Origin: Candidatus Poribacteria bacterium
GTDB lineage: Bacteria; Poribacteria; WGA-4E; WGA-3G
Reading direction: 5' to 3'
Length of the DNA stretch: 64,000 nt
NCBI GenBank assembly: GCA_964291315.2
Contig: OZ219753.1
Span: 2,624,001 to 2,688,000 of the forward strand
Position 1 is the stretch's first letter. The number at the start of each line of letters is the position of its first letter. The notes under the pieces are model-generated. The model searched no databases. It saw only the letters and a program-made list of their open reading frames with translations, and was not told the DNA's origin. The translations under genes were made by a program, and so were the position numbers. Below are positions 21,568 through 35,035 of the stretch, piece by piece.

Positions 21568-24500
21568 ATGAACAAAGAAAAAGATGAAGAAAGAAAAACC
21601 ATTCGCACAGCCCTAGCGGCAATGGCCACAGGCGACCTGCTAGAAACGTCAAAGGCACTGCTTGCAACGCTCGGATACCGCAGCGAACGTACGCTCGAAC
21701 TCTCCGGAACGGTAGACGATTTCATTCAGGAATTTCCAGCGCCCACCCCTAATACTAAAACCGAACAAGCCCTCCGAGAAGACGCCTCATCCGTCAAACT
21801 TCTCTTCCAATTCACAAGCGACGAAGTCTCCGATGCCCTGCAGCAGACACTCTTTGAACCCGAGGACTTCGAGAAGGGGGATGTGCAGAGCTTCCTTTTC
21901 TACGCCGTTGACCTGAAAAAGAAGGCCTATTCCCGCACAGAATATGCTCAGTTGACACGCGAGATCAATAAACGTCTGATCGCACCGAGCGTCGTCTTCT
22001 TCCGGGTTGAAGACCATCTGACAGTTGGCTTCACCAATCGCCGTCCGAGCAAAACGGACGCGGCCCGGGATGTGTTAGGACACGTCACACTGATTAAGGA
22101 CATCCGGCTGAATGGACCGCATCGTGGACATGTGGACATTCTCTGCGATCTCTCCCTAGAGGCGTGTGTAGCATGGATGACTGCCAAGAGGCAAACGGAG
22201 AACTTTGAAGGGTTGCTCGCCGCGTGGCTAGCGATGCTGGATACCGAGGCACTCAACAAAGCGTTCTATCGGAGGCTCTTTGCGTGGTTTCAATGGGCAG
22301 TAGCGGAGGCAAAGTTCCCAACAGACGAGGCGCGGATCTTGAATCCCGAGGAACACGTCATCCGTCTGATCACACGGCTTCTGTTCATCTGGTTCTTGAA
22401 GGAAAAGAGGCTTGTTGCTGAGGCGTTCTTCAACGAGGTAGAGATGCAAGAGGCGCTAACAGAGGAGGCCATGACAAGCGGCGACGCTTACTATCGCGTG
22501 GTGCTGCAAAATCTCTGCTTCGCCACATTGAACACAGAGATAGGCAAGCGCGGGTTTAGCAGCAAGAATAACACGGGACATCGGAACTTTTCAAGGTACC
22601 GGTACAAGGATCAGATGCAATGCCCGGATCAGTTGCTAGATCTCTTTGCGGAAACTCCTTTTATCAACGGCGGTTTGTTCGAGTGCCTCGATAGCGAGGC
22701 AGCAGTACGTGACGGGGGGTACCGGATAGATTGCTTCTCTGATACGGATTACAACAAGGTGAGTCTTCCGGACGTTCTCTTCTTTGACGCGGAGAGAGGC
22801 TTGCTCTCGCTGTTTCAGGCGTATAAGTTCACAGTTGAGGAGAACACACCGATAGAGCAGGAGGTGGCGTTGGATCCCGAGCTGCTGGGCCGGGTTTTTG
22901 AAAACCTGCTCGCTGCCTACACGCCCGAGACAGGTGCGACCGTCCGGAAGCAAACAGGCTCGTATTACACGCCGCGCCCGATTGTAGACTATATGGTGGT
23001 AGAGTCGTTAGTTGCTGCACTCTCTGCGAAATGTAGTCCTACTGATAAGGATGTGGAGCTTTGGAAGGAACGGCTGCACTATCTCTTAGACTACGCGCAG
23101 GCGTTTGAGGACGCGTCTGAATGGTTTGACGATGTTGAGACGGCTAATGTCGTGCATGCGATTTCAGATCTAAAAATATTGGATCCCGCGGTGGGATCAG
23201 GGGCTTTTCCAATGGGAATGCTGCATAGGTTGACGCTTGCACTCCGGCGACTTGACCCCGACAACAGTCGATGGGAAAAACTGCAGAAGCAACGGGCTGC
23301 GCAGCGAGCCGAGGCGGCGTTTGAGACGCAGGATGACCAGACACGGCGTGAGGAACTTGTTGACATCGACGAGACTTTTAAACGTTACCGAGATTCAGAC
23401 TTCGGACGGAAGCTATACTTAATTCAGAATAGCCTCTTCGGTGTAGATATACAGCCCGTGGCATGTCAGATAGCGAAGCTCCGTTTCTTTATCTCACTTG
23501 CAATTGAACAGGAACTAGTGCAAGGCGCGGCTAACTTCGGCATCAAGCCGTTGCCGAATTTGGAGACGCGCTTCCTTGCTGCGAATACGTTGATAGGACT
23601 TCACGGGGATCCGACCCTCATGAGCGAAAAGGCGCTAGATTTAGAGCGTGCCCTGAGCGAGAATCGAGAGCGTCATTTTCACGCCACCACTCGTCGGCAA
23701 AAGCTAGCTTGCAAACGCAGAGATGCGGAGTTGCGAGGTGAATTAGCGGTGGAGCTGAAGAATATCGGCATGCCTGCGGATGCCGCGGAAAAGATCGCAC
23801 ATTGGGATCCGTATGACCAGAATGCTGCTGCGAACTGGTTTGACCCCGAATGGATGTTTGGGGTTGCCGAGGGGTTCGATGTGGTAATTGGCAACCCGCC
23901 GTATGCTAAAAGCGAGCATGTGTCCGAAAACTATCGCGAAAAACTGAAAACTCACTACGGTTGGGTTGGCGATTTATATGACCATTTCATCTTTGCCGGC
24001 TTTGCCTTTGTCTCTGATGAGGGACTTTTTTCTTACATCGCCAATGATAGTTTCGTGACCTTTTCAACAAAAAGGAGGATTCGAGACCTATTTTTGGAAA
24101 ATCAATTAATTCGCCTTGTTAAAGCCCCCGCAAATACTTTTGAAGCCCAAATATATACTGCTATTTTTATTTTGTTGAAACAAAACGCAAGCGATCCACA
24201 TAGCTACATGAGCGGCGAAATGAATTTTCCCGATTTCCAATACCGTTCAAATGGGGCGGTAGATTATACGACGATTCGCAAAATTCCAGATCATAAATTC
24301 CTGCTTAGTGGGAAAAATAACTGGGTATTGAGACTCTTTAATTTTGAAAATGTTGAAAAATTCTGTTCCGTTTTGGATACTGGAATCCACTCAGGAAATG
24401 TCAGACCCAAGATCTTCTTTAAGGAAAACAACGGTAGAAGGCATCGTCTTTTACAAGGCAAGCAGATTGAAAGGTACGCCCTTCAGTGGGATTCCCCGAA

Positions 24501-25062
24501 AGCAAAATATATGTTTTGCGATGTTAACTATGAGCCTCTTCCAATTCCCGGTATTGGCCGAGGCGGAAACCCGAGCAAACGAAACGAATACTGGCATTTT
24601 TGTGGCGATATTGCAAACCACCATCAACCTGAACGATTACTCATGCGTCAAACCGAGGACGATCTGATTGTTGCTTATCATAGTGAGGCGGAGCATGGAC
24701 ATTTTTATACCGATAATACTTTATTTACTATTCTTCCCAAACCTCCAAAAACTAATCTGAAGTACCTCTTAGCAATTCTCAATAGTCGATTGTTGAATTT
24801 CGTATATCATTTTATTTCGCAAGAAAAAGGTAAAAGTCAAGCAGCAGTGAAGATTAAAGTTCTCCAGAAATTGCCAATCGTTGTGCCAATAGAAAACGAA
24901 CAACACCCAATCGTTGATTTGGTGGATCAAATCCTTGATGCCAAACGCACTGATCCAAACGTAGACACGGTTGAAATAGAAGAAGAGATTGACAAACAGG
25001 TATACGCCCTATACGGTTTAACCGAAGATGAGATTAGGATTGTGGAGGAAATAACAGAATAA
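21568..25062 (+). CDS. Type IIG restriction-modification enzyme (Eco57I/TaqI-like N6-adenine MTase with C-terminal TRD)
   Basis: DPELLGRVFENLL, TGSYYTPR, DPAVGSGAF (motif I), GNPPY (motif IV), YLLAILNS and YALYGLTEDEI TaqI-C-like tail. Confidence 0.9.
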   Translation: MNKEKDEERKTIRTALAAMATGDLLETSKALLATLGYRSERTLELSGTVDDFIQEFPAPTPNTKTEQALREDASSVKLLFQFTSDEVSDALQQTLFEPEDFEKGDVQSFLFYAVDLKKKAYSRTEYAQLTREINKRLIAPSVVFFRVEDHLTVGFTNRRPSKTDAARDVLGHVTLIKDIRLNGPHRGHVDILCDLSLEACVAWMTAKRQTENFEGLLAAWLAMLDTEALNKAFYRRLFAWFQWAVAEAKFPTDEARILNPEEHVIRLITRLLFIWFLKEKRLVAEAFFNEVEMQEALTEEAMTSGDAYYRVVLQNLCFATLNTEIGKRGFSSKNNTGHRNFSRYRYKDQMQCPDQLLDLFAETPFINGGLFECLDSEAAVRDGGYRIDCFSDTDYNKVSLPDVLFFDAERGLLSLFQAYKFTVEENTPIEQEVALDPELLGRVFENLLAAYTPETGATVRKQTGSYYTPRPIVDYMVVESLVAALSAKCSPTDKDVELWKERLHYLLDYAQAFEDASEWFDDVETANVVHAISDLKILDPAVGSGAFPMGMLHRLTLALRRLDPDNSRWEKLQKQRAAQRAEAAFETQDDQTRREELVDIDETFKRYRDSDFGRKLYLIQNSLFGVDIQPVACQIAKLRFFISLAIEQELVQGAANFGIKPLPNLETRFLAANTLIGLHGDPTLMSEKALDLERALSENRERHFHATTRRQKLACKRRDAELRGELAVELKNIGMPADAAEKIAHWDPYDQNAAANWFDPEWMFGVAEGFDVVIGNPPYAKSEHVSENYREKLKTHYGWVGDLYDHFIFAGFAFVSDEGLFSYIANDSFVTFSTKRRIRDLFLENQLIRLVKAPANTFEAQIYTAIFILLKQNASDPHSYMSGEMNFPDFQYRSNGAVDYTTIRKIPDHKFLLSGKNNWVLRLFNFENVEKFCSVLDTGIHSGNVRPKIFFKENNGRRHRLLQGKQIERYALQWDSPKAKYMFCDVNYEPLPIPGIGRGGNPSKRNEYWHFCGDIANHHQPERLLMRQTEDDLIVAYHSEAEHGHFYTDNTLFTILPKPPKTNLKYLLAILNSRLLNFVYHFISQEKGKSQAAVKIKVLQKLPIVVPIENEQHPIVDLVDQILDAKRTDPNVDTVEIEEEIDKQVYALYGLTEDEIRIVEEITE

Positions 25063-25130
25063 ACCCTACGAATCACTATAGATAGAGCAAAAGAGGCATC
25101 TCCGAATTTGGAACGCCTTTCTACAGCGGC

Positions 25131-26531
25131 CTATTCAGCAATATACCCTGTTCTGTCTGTGTTCCCGCCATATTTCAACGCGTAAACCAGTAGATTCGAC
25201 ATAAACCGATAGACATCCGTGGAGCGCCGAAGTCGTAACATCGTGCGGCTCTCAATCTCCGCGGTCTCCATCGCACACATGTAGTCCTTACGGTTATAGA
25301 CAACGGCTAACCGATTGTCAATAATAATCCCTTTCTGAAAACGGAACTGTGTCGGTTGTGCGTTGTTTTCATTTCCCCAGAACACATCGCCCCCCGTTGG
25401 CGGTTTCGGCAGCTTGTAGTATATATTATAGAGTTCATGGTCATGCGGTAGAATATCTAGCGGGTATTCTGGAAAGATCTGCTGAAGTTCGTCAGCTACG
25501 ACATGTGCAAACAAGCCGTTGAAACCGCAATCGTCAAAGAAAAGCATGCCCCCTTTCTCAACAATATATTTCCGAAGTGCGACGCGTTCCTGGGACGTAA
25601 ACCGCAGCTGCAAAGGGCCATCTCTTGCGAGTCCTCGTCCGACAGTGATGTCTTTATCGTGTCCTGTCATAATGATGAGAGGGGCATCCATGATTTGCGA
25701 GTCAGTGAGAGGTAAGGCACCGCCTTTGAAATTCATATCTGCCCGGATAGAAGTGTGGTCTCTCAACCATCTGATAAGTGCTGGAATCGCAGTTGGATCT
25801 TGCCACCAATCCGAGAGTGAATGTTTGAGTCGGATGAGCCGGATATGCCCACGAATCTCGTTTCCAGCTCCTTTGAGAATACCGCCCAATTGCCCTTTAG
25901 GGAGCTTCACTAGTTCCTTTAAGGCGATATCAAACCGATCGTCTAACGCGGCTGTTGGGACTGATCCGTCGAGAAATTTGGAGAGTCTGCTGTTGCTTGT
26001 GCTAGTAGCGGCTTTCTGTGGCGTCGGCAACACACTTTTTTTAAGGATCGGTGCTTCTCTTACAGACGTGCCAGCGATATCCGCGGATGCAGAGCTTGGC
26101 TTCTCAGCTCCGGGCAGCGTGGGAGATACCGCACCCCCTGTGGAGGTTAGGATATCCGGGTCAACATTCAAGAACGGAATTTGCTTTACGCCTGTTTTCT
26201 TCTCCACCGGCAGCGGCGTTAAATTGGACCCGTACTTCGGGAGGTCAGCCGCGGCAGTCGTTTCCACATAAGGAATAGGGTGGGTGGTTCTGACATTGCG
26301 GCGGGTCGGACGAATGGACGAAGCTGTTCTTGGAGCCGAGAGCGTGACGAATGCCCCTTCAAAAGTATCTTGGTTCAATTCCCTCCGCCCTGAGAACAAC
26401 AACGCAGCAAGAACGACAAAGAGCAGATGCAGTCCAATTGAAGCGATAACTGCGATCCATTTATGTCGCGAGTTCTCGTTCTTCAAAGGAACAGGTTGGG
26501 TGGGCAGGCCTTCAAAAAGTTTTTGTCTCAT
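25131..26531 (-). CDS. DUF4159 domain protein with N-terminal TM anchor and Pro/Thr-rich linker
   Basis: W.QDPTA, MTGH, GGMLFFDDC, LPHDHELY, NLLVYAL. Confidence 0.75.
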   Translation of the reverse strand: MRQKLFEGLPTQPVPLKNENSRHKWIAVIASIGLHLLFVVLAALLFSGRRELNQDTFEGAFVTLSAPRTASSIRPTRRNVRTTHPIPYVETTAAADLPKYGSNLTPLPVEKKTGVKQIPFLNVDPDILTSTGGAVSPTLPGAEKPSSASADIAGTSVREAPILKKSVLPTPQKAATSTSNSRLSKFLDGSVPTAALDDRFDIALKELVKLPKGQLGGILKGAGNEIRGHIRLIRLKHSLSDWWQDPTAIPALIRWLRDHTSIRADMNFKGGALPLTDSQIMDAPLIIMTGHDKDITVGRGLARDGPLQLRFTSQERVALRKYIVEKGGMLFFDDCGFNGLFAHVVADELQQIFPEYPLDILPHDHELYNIYYKLPKPPTGGDVFWGNENNAQPTQFRFQKGIIIDNRLAVVYNRKDYMCAMETAEIESRTMLRLRRSTDVYRFMSNLLVYALKYGGNTDRTGYIAE

Positions 26532-26539
26532 GGCAATTT

Positions 26540-27109
26540 TTATAGATGTCGCTGAATATGTAGATAGCTCTGGGCATCCAATTCCCGATAATCTTGAATA
26601 TCATACCGATTCCCCCGTACATCCGTCACGAAAAGCCGCGCTGGGGGAACCTGCTTAATGTTCTGATTCAACCCGCGTACCAAGAAAGTTATACGCCCGC
26701 GCTCGGTTTCAACCTCCCACTCATGGATCCCGAATTGCTCCTTCACGCGATACACCTTCTGAATTGTGGGCGTGAAGTAGCGTTTATCGAGTTCATCTCG
26801 GAGGATCTTCAGACTTTCCGAATCTAGTTCCGCCGGGTTAACGAGGATCCCGATCTCCGTATCCTCATCCGCGGCGAGAGAGATGTACTGGTCCGGATTG
26901 CTGAGTGGCATAAGCCTCCGCACTATCACACGTAGATAGCATGCCTCTTTTCGAATTTCCAGGCGCGCCGTACCAACTTCAGACCGCGTGAACGTTAGTG
27001 TCGTTGGGTCTAGATAACGTGGTGTAAAATCATCTGGCTCGGAGAGCGCCGAATTGATTGTAGGTGCTGTCGCAACAGTTTCCTCTTTGACTACATTTTT
27101 GTTTTGCAT
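26540..27109 (-). CDS. DUF1854 family protein
   Basis: PLSNPDQYISL, RYFTPTI, WEVETERG, DVRGNRY motifs; adjacent to its typical ABC exporter partner. Confidence 0.8.
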   Translation of the reverse strand: MQNKNVVKEETVATAPTINSALSEPDDFTPRYLDPTTLTFTRSEVGTARLEIRKEACYLRVIVRRLMPLSNPDQYISLAADEDTEIGILVNPAELDSESLKILRDELDKRYFTPTIQKVYRVKEQFGIHEWEVETERGRITFLVRGLNQNIKQVPPARLFVTDVRGNRYDIQDYRELDAQSYLHIQRHL

Positions 27110-27111
27110 CT

Positions 27112-29432
27112 CTATCTCCCTACAGTTTGTGCTTCTGCCCGGATGTTAGCGGCTTCGCGTTGCGTTTCGACGAGTTTGTAGTAGATACCCTTTTTCTCCA
27201 TAAGTTCCTCATGAGAGCCGGACTCGACACCCTTCCCCTTTTCAATCACAAAAAGCCGGTCGGCATTTCTGAGCGTCGAAAGCCGGTGGGCGATCGCAAA
27301 CGTTGTCCGATTCTGCACTAATCTATCAATCGCTTGTTGTATCTTCTTCTCTGTCTCCACGTCCACAGACGAGGTGGCTTCGTCGAGGATTAAGATACGC
27401 GGGTTGTGTAAAATAGCGCGCGCGATAGAGATACGTTGTCGTTCGCCACCAGACAACCGTCCCCCGCGTTCACCCACCTCAGAGTCGTAACCGTCCGGGA
27501 ATTTCACGATAAATTCGTGGGCGTTCGCGGCTTTCGCTGCCGTGATAATATCCTCCATCGTTGCCCTGGGATGCGCGTAAGCGATGTTCTCAGCGATAGT
27601 TCCACTGAAGAGATACGGTTCTTGCAACACAACCCCAATCTGTCGGCGCAGATCTTTCAGATCAATCTTCTTGATGTCTTCGCCATCAATTTCCAAACGT
27701 CCCGAGTCGGGCGTATAGAACCGACAAATCAGATTGATCAACGTAGATTTCCCTGCCCCGGAGTGCCCAACAAGTCCGATCATCTCCCCGGGTTTCACAT
27801 GCAGATTAATATCCCGAAGCACCGGTTTATGTGAGTCATAGCCAAACGTCATATTGTGGAATTTGACTTCTCCGGTGATGTTAGGCATCGTTTTCAACGT
27901 TCCGTCGTCCAACTGCTCTGGTTGCGAGTCTATGACCTCAAAGAGGCGTTCAGCCGCGGTCATCGAACGGGATGCCCAATTGATGAGTGGGCTGATATAG
28001 CGGAGCGGTTCATAGAACATCGCAAGGTATGCGTGAAAAGCCATCAGAGTGCCGAGCGTCATTGTCCCGCTGATAATGTTGAGCCCGCCGACGTACCAAA
28101 CGATGAGAGTCCCCAGCTGGATTGCGAACATCAGAGGCGGGTAATAGGTAGCCCAGATTAATTCAGCATCCGTCTCGTAATCCCGAGCGTCAACGTTCGC
28201 CTCAGTGAACCGGCTGACCTCACCGCGTTGCTGTCCAAAGGCACGAACGACTCGGATCCCAGATACCGAGTCGTTGACGACATCAAACAACTTTGAACGC
28301 CGCCGCCATGCTCGATGCCAAAGACTGCGCACCTTTTTCCAGAACCAGCCCGCCCCGAACACAATTATCGGAATCGGGATTAAGATGAAACACGCCAATT
28401 GCCAATTCATCCAGAAAAGCATTCCCCCAATCCCAAAGAAGAGCAACAGCTCCACCGCGAGAAACGACAATCCTTCTAGCATAAAGTCTTGAAGTCGTTC
28501 ACTATCCTCTGTGATATGTGAAATGACCGTTCCTGTTTTACGTTTATCAAAAAACGGATAGACAGGTTGTGTAGATGTTGATAAACGTGTGCCCGGATGT
28601 TTGCTGCAACTCGGAACGTCAGCCAAGCCCCGAAACGCAAGCGGAGAATTGTGAAAACCCCCTGGATGATCTGTGTCATTAACAACGCGCCTACAGCAAT
28701 CGTCAATGCCAGCGCTGGTTGTTGAATGGCGCGGAAAACACTTCCCAATCCTGTTTCTGATGTCCCTTGTGCAGCAGCGGTAGCGTCGTTCAAGAGTAGA
28801 ATATCATCAATTAGAACACGAGAAAAATACGGGGGTACAAGCGAAATGAGCGTCCCCGCAATCACGAATAACATGAACAGGATCGCCCGACCGCGATAAG
28901 GATGTATGTAAGTTAGGATCCGTAGCATCACTTTGTGTTTTTTAGTACAGGCTGGACAGGGCGAAAATTCATCAGGTAACGGTAAACCACACGATTGACA
29001 GAACTGTTCCGCCGGTTTATAGTCCCATATCGGGGCCTCATCCCGTTTCCCGTTTCGGAACTCAATCTCGTCACCGATAAACCGGGCAACAAAACCGAAC
29101 TTCGAGGCACACCCATTTGAGTAGCGAATGAGATCTATTGTCCCGTTCTCTGTTTCAAGCACTAAAATCCCTGCATCTACAACGATCTCCGCACGGATCC
29201 CTAAAACGCTCTTGTATGGAGCGTAGTGCAGCACCTCACCTTCCGCTTTTACGGTAAAAATTGCTGCGTCTGTCAGCACAAACCACTCTTCGCCGTAGCT
29301 ACCGGACGTATCTATGTCACTTTGAACAGCAAATCGGATCTGTTCTGGATCGATATCTAATTTTTTCAGGGTCTCTTGAACTAAACCGGGTATTGGGTCA
29401 AGCGTACCCGTTGGTGTTTCTGTAGTTGACAT
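27112..29432 (-). CDS. ABC exporter (TMD+NBD) with N-terminal extension and CxxC zinc ribbon; 1-nt frameshift at 28549-28554
   Basis: Two overlapping ORFs join as HLHNLSIRF|FDKRKTG if one base is added to the A6 run; GHSGAGKST, LSGGERQR, DEATS, AHRLST. Confidence 0.88.
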
Positions 29433-29437
29433 TCCTT

Positions 29438-29686
29438 CTATCTACCTCCGTTCTTGCTTCCCAGGCGTGCGTCCGGATACTTCCAAGGTTTCTTGCGGTT
29501 AATAGACTTCCAACGCTTGGAATTAACACGTTGAACCGCATATATTTTTCGACCACACCTGCATCGCAAATCGTGGACATGCCCAGTGGAGCAGGTCTTT
29601 CTCACAACAAAGTCAATACTTTCTTGATGGACGCGGTAACCGCACCTACATGAATAACAAACCAAGTACATCACGAATATCTCCAT
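29438..29686 (-). CDS. Small Cys/His-rich basic hypothetical protein
   Basis: CxxCxC..CxxGH..CxCG; GGAG RBS before GTG/ATG; ends 5 nt before the ABC gene start. Confidence 0.55.
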   Translation of the reverse strand: MEIFVMYLVCYSCRCGYRVHQESIDFVVRKTCSTGHVHDLRCRCGRKIYAVQRVNSKRWKSINRKKPWKYPDARLGSKNGGR

Positions 29687-29942
29687 CTACTATGTCTCCG
29701 CTCTTTAAACCCATTTCCCGCAATTTAATTCAAAATATATTATATATAGCGAATCGCCGCCCATTACCCGTTAATAGATAATCCGTAAGATACAAAATAG
29801 TAAACCTAACTTTCTGTCTCCTTTTAAGATTCTTTCTATTATACCACATCTAGCGATACCCGCAAGCTGGAAGAGAAAAAAGATTTGACACTTGGCAGTG
29901 TTGATGTATAATATTATTAGAAGAAACATTTCTAAAGTATAG

Positions 29943-32174
<2,232 letters not shown>

Positions 32175-32186
32175 TTTTGGGTGAGA

Positions 32187-32231
32187 TTAGGGCAGCGGCA
32201 GCGTGAAACCGGTACGCGCTCACTGCCCTAA
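32187..32231 (+). terminator. Stem-loop downstream of katG
   Basis: TTAGGGCAG...CTGCCCTAA inverted repeat; weak U-tract. Confidence 0.45.
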
Positions 32232-32361
32232 CTCGGCCTTTCTCACAAACTTCTTACCATCTTCAACTGTTTGTAATGATGCGCGAATATCACGAATGCT
32301 GGCTGAAGCCTTTAGCAAAACCTAACTCAATAACGAAGCCCATAAATCTACATGCACACAC

Positions 32362-33687
32362 ATGAAAAACCATAAAAAGACAATTTTCGGTTGGTGCATG
32401 TACGACTGGGCAAATTCTGCTTATATTACAACCGTGGCTGCCGCAATTTTACCCGACTATTTCGCAAGAGCCGTCGTCGGTGAAAGCGGCGTTAACCTCT
32501 TCGGAATGAATATGAGCGCGACAACCTTGTGGGGCTATATGTTGGGAACGGCGGCATTCCTCGTCTTCCTTTTCGGGCCAGTGCTTGGTGCCGTCGCGGA
32601 TTTTTCTTCAGCCAAAAAAAGATTTCTCATGGGCTTCGCCTATATCGGAAGCCTCTTGTCAACGACGTTCTATTTCTGCGGATCCGGTGATGTAGGACTA
32701 ACGATCGCGCTGTTTATCGGAACACAGGTCTGCTTCGTCGGCGCGAACGTTTTTTACGACGCGTTTTTACCCGAGATTGCATCCGAAGACAAACTCGATT
32801 CTGTATCTGCTAGAGGGTATGCGTTTGGGTATGTCGGCGGCTCGCTTCAATTTGGCATCTCGCTTGCGCTTGTCGCTATGCACGAGACCGTAGGTATTAG
32901 CATCACAACAGCAGCACGCATTGGAATGGCAATGACAGGCGTATGGTGGGCAGGTTGGACGCTATTGACACTAAAATACCTGAGAGAGAAGAAAACGCCA
33001 TATCAACTGCCAGAAGCCTACCGCAACCGCCCGAAAGGGCTGGCATATCTCACCCTCGGCATCAGTCGGACGCTCTCAACAGCAAAAAAAGTTGGACGCT
33101 TTAAACATCTGACGGTCTTCCTTGTCGCCTATATGATTTACAACGACGGCATCCACACCGTCACCAGTATGGCGACGATCTACGGGACTGAGGAGTTAAA
33201 ACTGACAACGACTGTACTGATGGGGACACTCCTAGTGGTGCAAGTCGTCGCAATAGGCGGCGCGCTCATATTTAGCCGGTTGGCAAACCGCATAGGGGCG
33301 AAACGTTCCGTGATGTTCGCCTTAGTTCTCTGGAGCGCAGTCGTCATCTACGGCTATTTTATCCATACTGCAGCAGAATTCTTCCTTTTAGGTATGATTG
33401 TTGGCATCGTCCTCGGCGGGACGCAAGCCCTGAGCCGTTCTCTGTACGGCACAATGATCCCTGAAAACGCGAGTGCTGAATTTTACGGATTCTATTCTGT
33501 CTTTAGCAAATTCTCATCCATCTGGGGGCCTGTGACCTTCGGCTTGATAAAACAGATGACTGGCAGTGCACGTCTTGCTATTATTTCGTTGATGGTTTTC
33601 TTTATCGTGGGGTTGATCCTGTTAGGATGTGTAGATGAGAAAAAAGCGAAAGCGGCAAAATTGACATTCCAATTCAGCGATACCTAA
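32362..33687 (+). CDS. MFS transporter, UMF1/Atg22-like family
   Basis: WCMYDWANSAY, NVFYDAFL, GYAFGYVGG, GGTQALSRS, EFYGFY. Confidence 0.9.
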   Translation: MKNHKKTIFGWCMYDWANSAYITTVAAAILPDYFARAVVGESGVNLFGMNMSATTLWGYMLGTAAFLVFLFGPVLGAVADFSSAKKRFLMGFAYIGSLLSTTFYFCGSGDVGLTIALFIGTQVCFVGANVFYDAFLPEIASEDKLDSVSARGYAFGYVGGSLQFGISLALVAMHETVGISITTAARIGMAMTGVWWAGWTLLTLKYLREKKTPYQLPEAYRNRPKGLAYLTLGISRTLSTAKKVGRFKHLTVFLVAYMIYNDGIHTVTSMATIYGTEELKLTTTVLMGTLLVVQVVAIGGALIFSRLANRIGAKRSVMFALVLWSAVVIYGYFIHTAAEFFLLGMIVGIVLGGTQALSRSLYGTMIPENASAEFYGFYSVFSKFSSIWGPVTFGLIKQMTGSARLAIISLMVFFIVGLILLGCVDEKKAKAAKLTFQFSDT

Positions 33688-33774
33688 TTATACCAAAGGC
33701 ATTCTCTTTAGAGTAGGAAAATAAGGCGCTATTCATCAAACTCACATTCACACATTAAAAAGGAGATATTAGAG

Positions 33775-34964
33775 ATGACGCATATACAGAGACACGGACG
33801 GACGCTCAGCCGGGGCTTGGCAGTGCTGGTGGTGATGTGCGGACTATTTTTCAGCAGCACACCTACCGCACAAGGGTTTAAGGTATCCCGGTCAAAGATG
33901 AACCGTTTGATAAAGCATGTGCATGAGCCGCAGTGGGTGGTGACGTATAATTTCACACACGGTTGTTTTGATAAGTTCGTGGGTAGAGAGAAACAGCATG
34001 AGGTGATCGCGGCATCGTTGCGGGTGTGGGTGCAGCCACTGCGGGAGCTGTATCCTAACAAGGAGTTTGTCGACGACTTCGTCTTTAAGCGGCTACCAGA
34101 CGTACCACCACCGGATCCGGAGAAGGGGCCACACGAAGCACGTAAGTGTTTTAGGCTTGCCGGAGAGCATACGCAAGCGGGAAGCCATGTGCACATTAAC
34201 TTTACCTGCCAACGGGGAGTTAGCTACGTAGACTGGGATGAGAAACACCCGCCGCAAGTGTGTATGCGCTGTTGGGGGGGCGCTGTCAGGGATGCGTGTG
34301 TCGGTGTTCTCGTCCATGAATTGGGGCATACCTTCGGGATGCGGGACACCTATGTGATTGAAGGTTATGACTCGCCGAGCACCGGCGGTCTCGCCAGCAC
34401 CCAAGGCAGGCAGCCGTCTTCGTCGATGTCCAGTTTAGATCATCTCCACGGCCAGCCACAGCCATATATCGCCGAGGACGACAAGAACGGCATTGTTTGG
34501 CTGTACAAGTATAATCACGAGGGCTATTCCGGGACTGTTTTTTTCCCGACTATGTACGTGTGGTACAACGCAGCGAGGACAAGCTTGGTGGCAACTGTGA
34601 ACCAAGATATCCGTTGATCTTTGAGGTGAAGCACGGCGGGGAGGATAATGTGCAGGATATTTTGCGGGATGACCCTAATCTCGAGCACAATGCACGCGAC
34701 TCTTTCGGCAACACGGCGCTGCACTATGCGGTATTGCTGGAGCGTCCGCACGTGGTGGAGCTATTGCTGGCACATCCGAAAATCGCGGTCAATGTCTTGG
34801 ATGGTGGAGGCTTGCGTCCGGCGGAGTTAGCGAGGAAGCTGAAGCAGTTTCAAGTGGTCAAGCTCATCGAAGCGCATCCGACGGCCAAGTTGCCGCCGTT
34901 GCGTATTGTGCCTACGAGGCAGCATTTGGCAGCGACTTGGGCGGAAGTGAAGCGCAGGCGATGA
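33775..34964 (+). CDS. Secreted zinc metalloprotease (HExxH) fused to ankyrin repeats and a C-terminal ATW motif; frameshift at ~34532
   Basis: Signal peptide; HELGHTFGMRD; GNTALHYAV ankyrin; tail QHLAATWAEVKRRR; frames join at tcc ggg[g]ac tgt. Confidence 0.75.
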
Positions 34965-35011
34965 GCCTCTCGATGCCAACCCATCGCAGTGATTGTTGCA
35001 GCTCGTCTGGT

Positions 35012-35035
35012 GTAGCATAGACTGTCAGTCTGTGC
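35012..35035. repeat. GTAG-type REP-like hairpin
   Basis: GTAGCATAGACTGTCAGTCTGTGC; related copies at 43433-43457 and 43484-43508. Confidence 0.6.
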
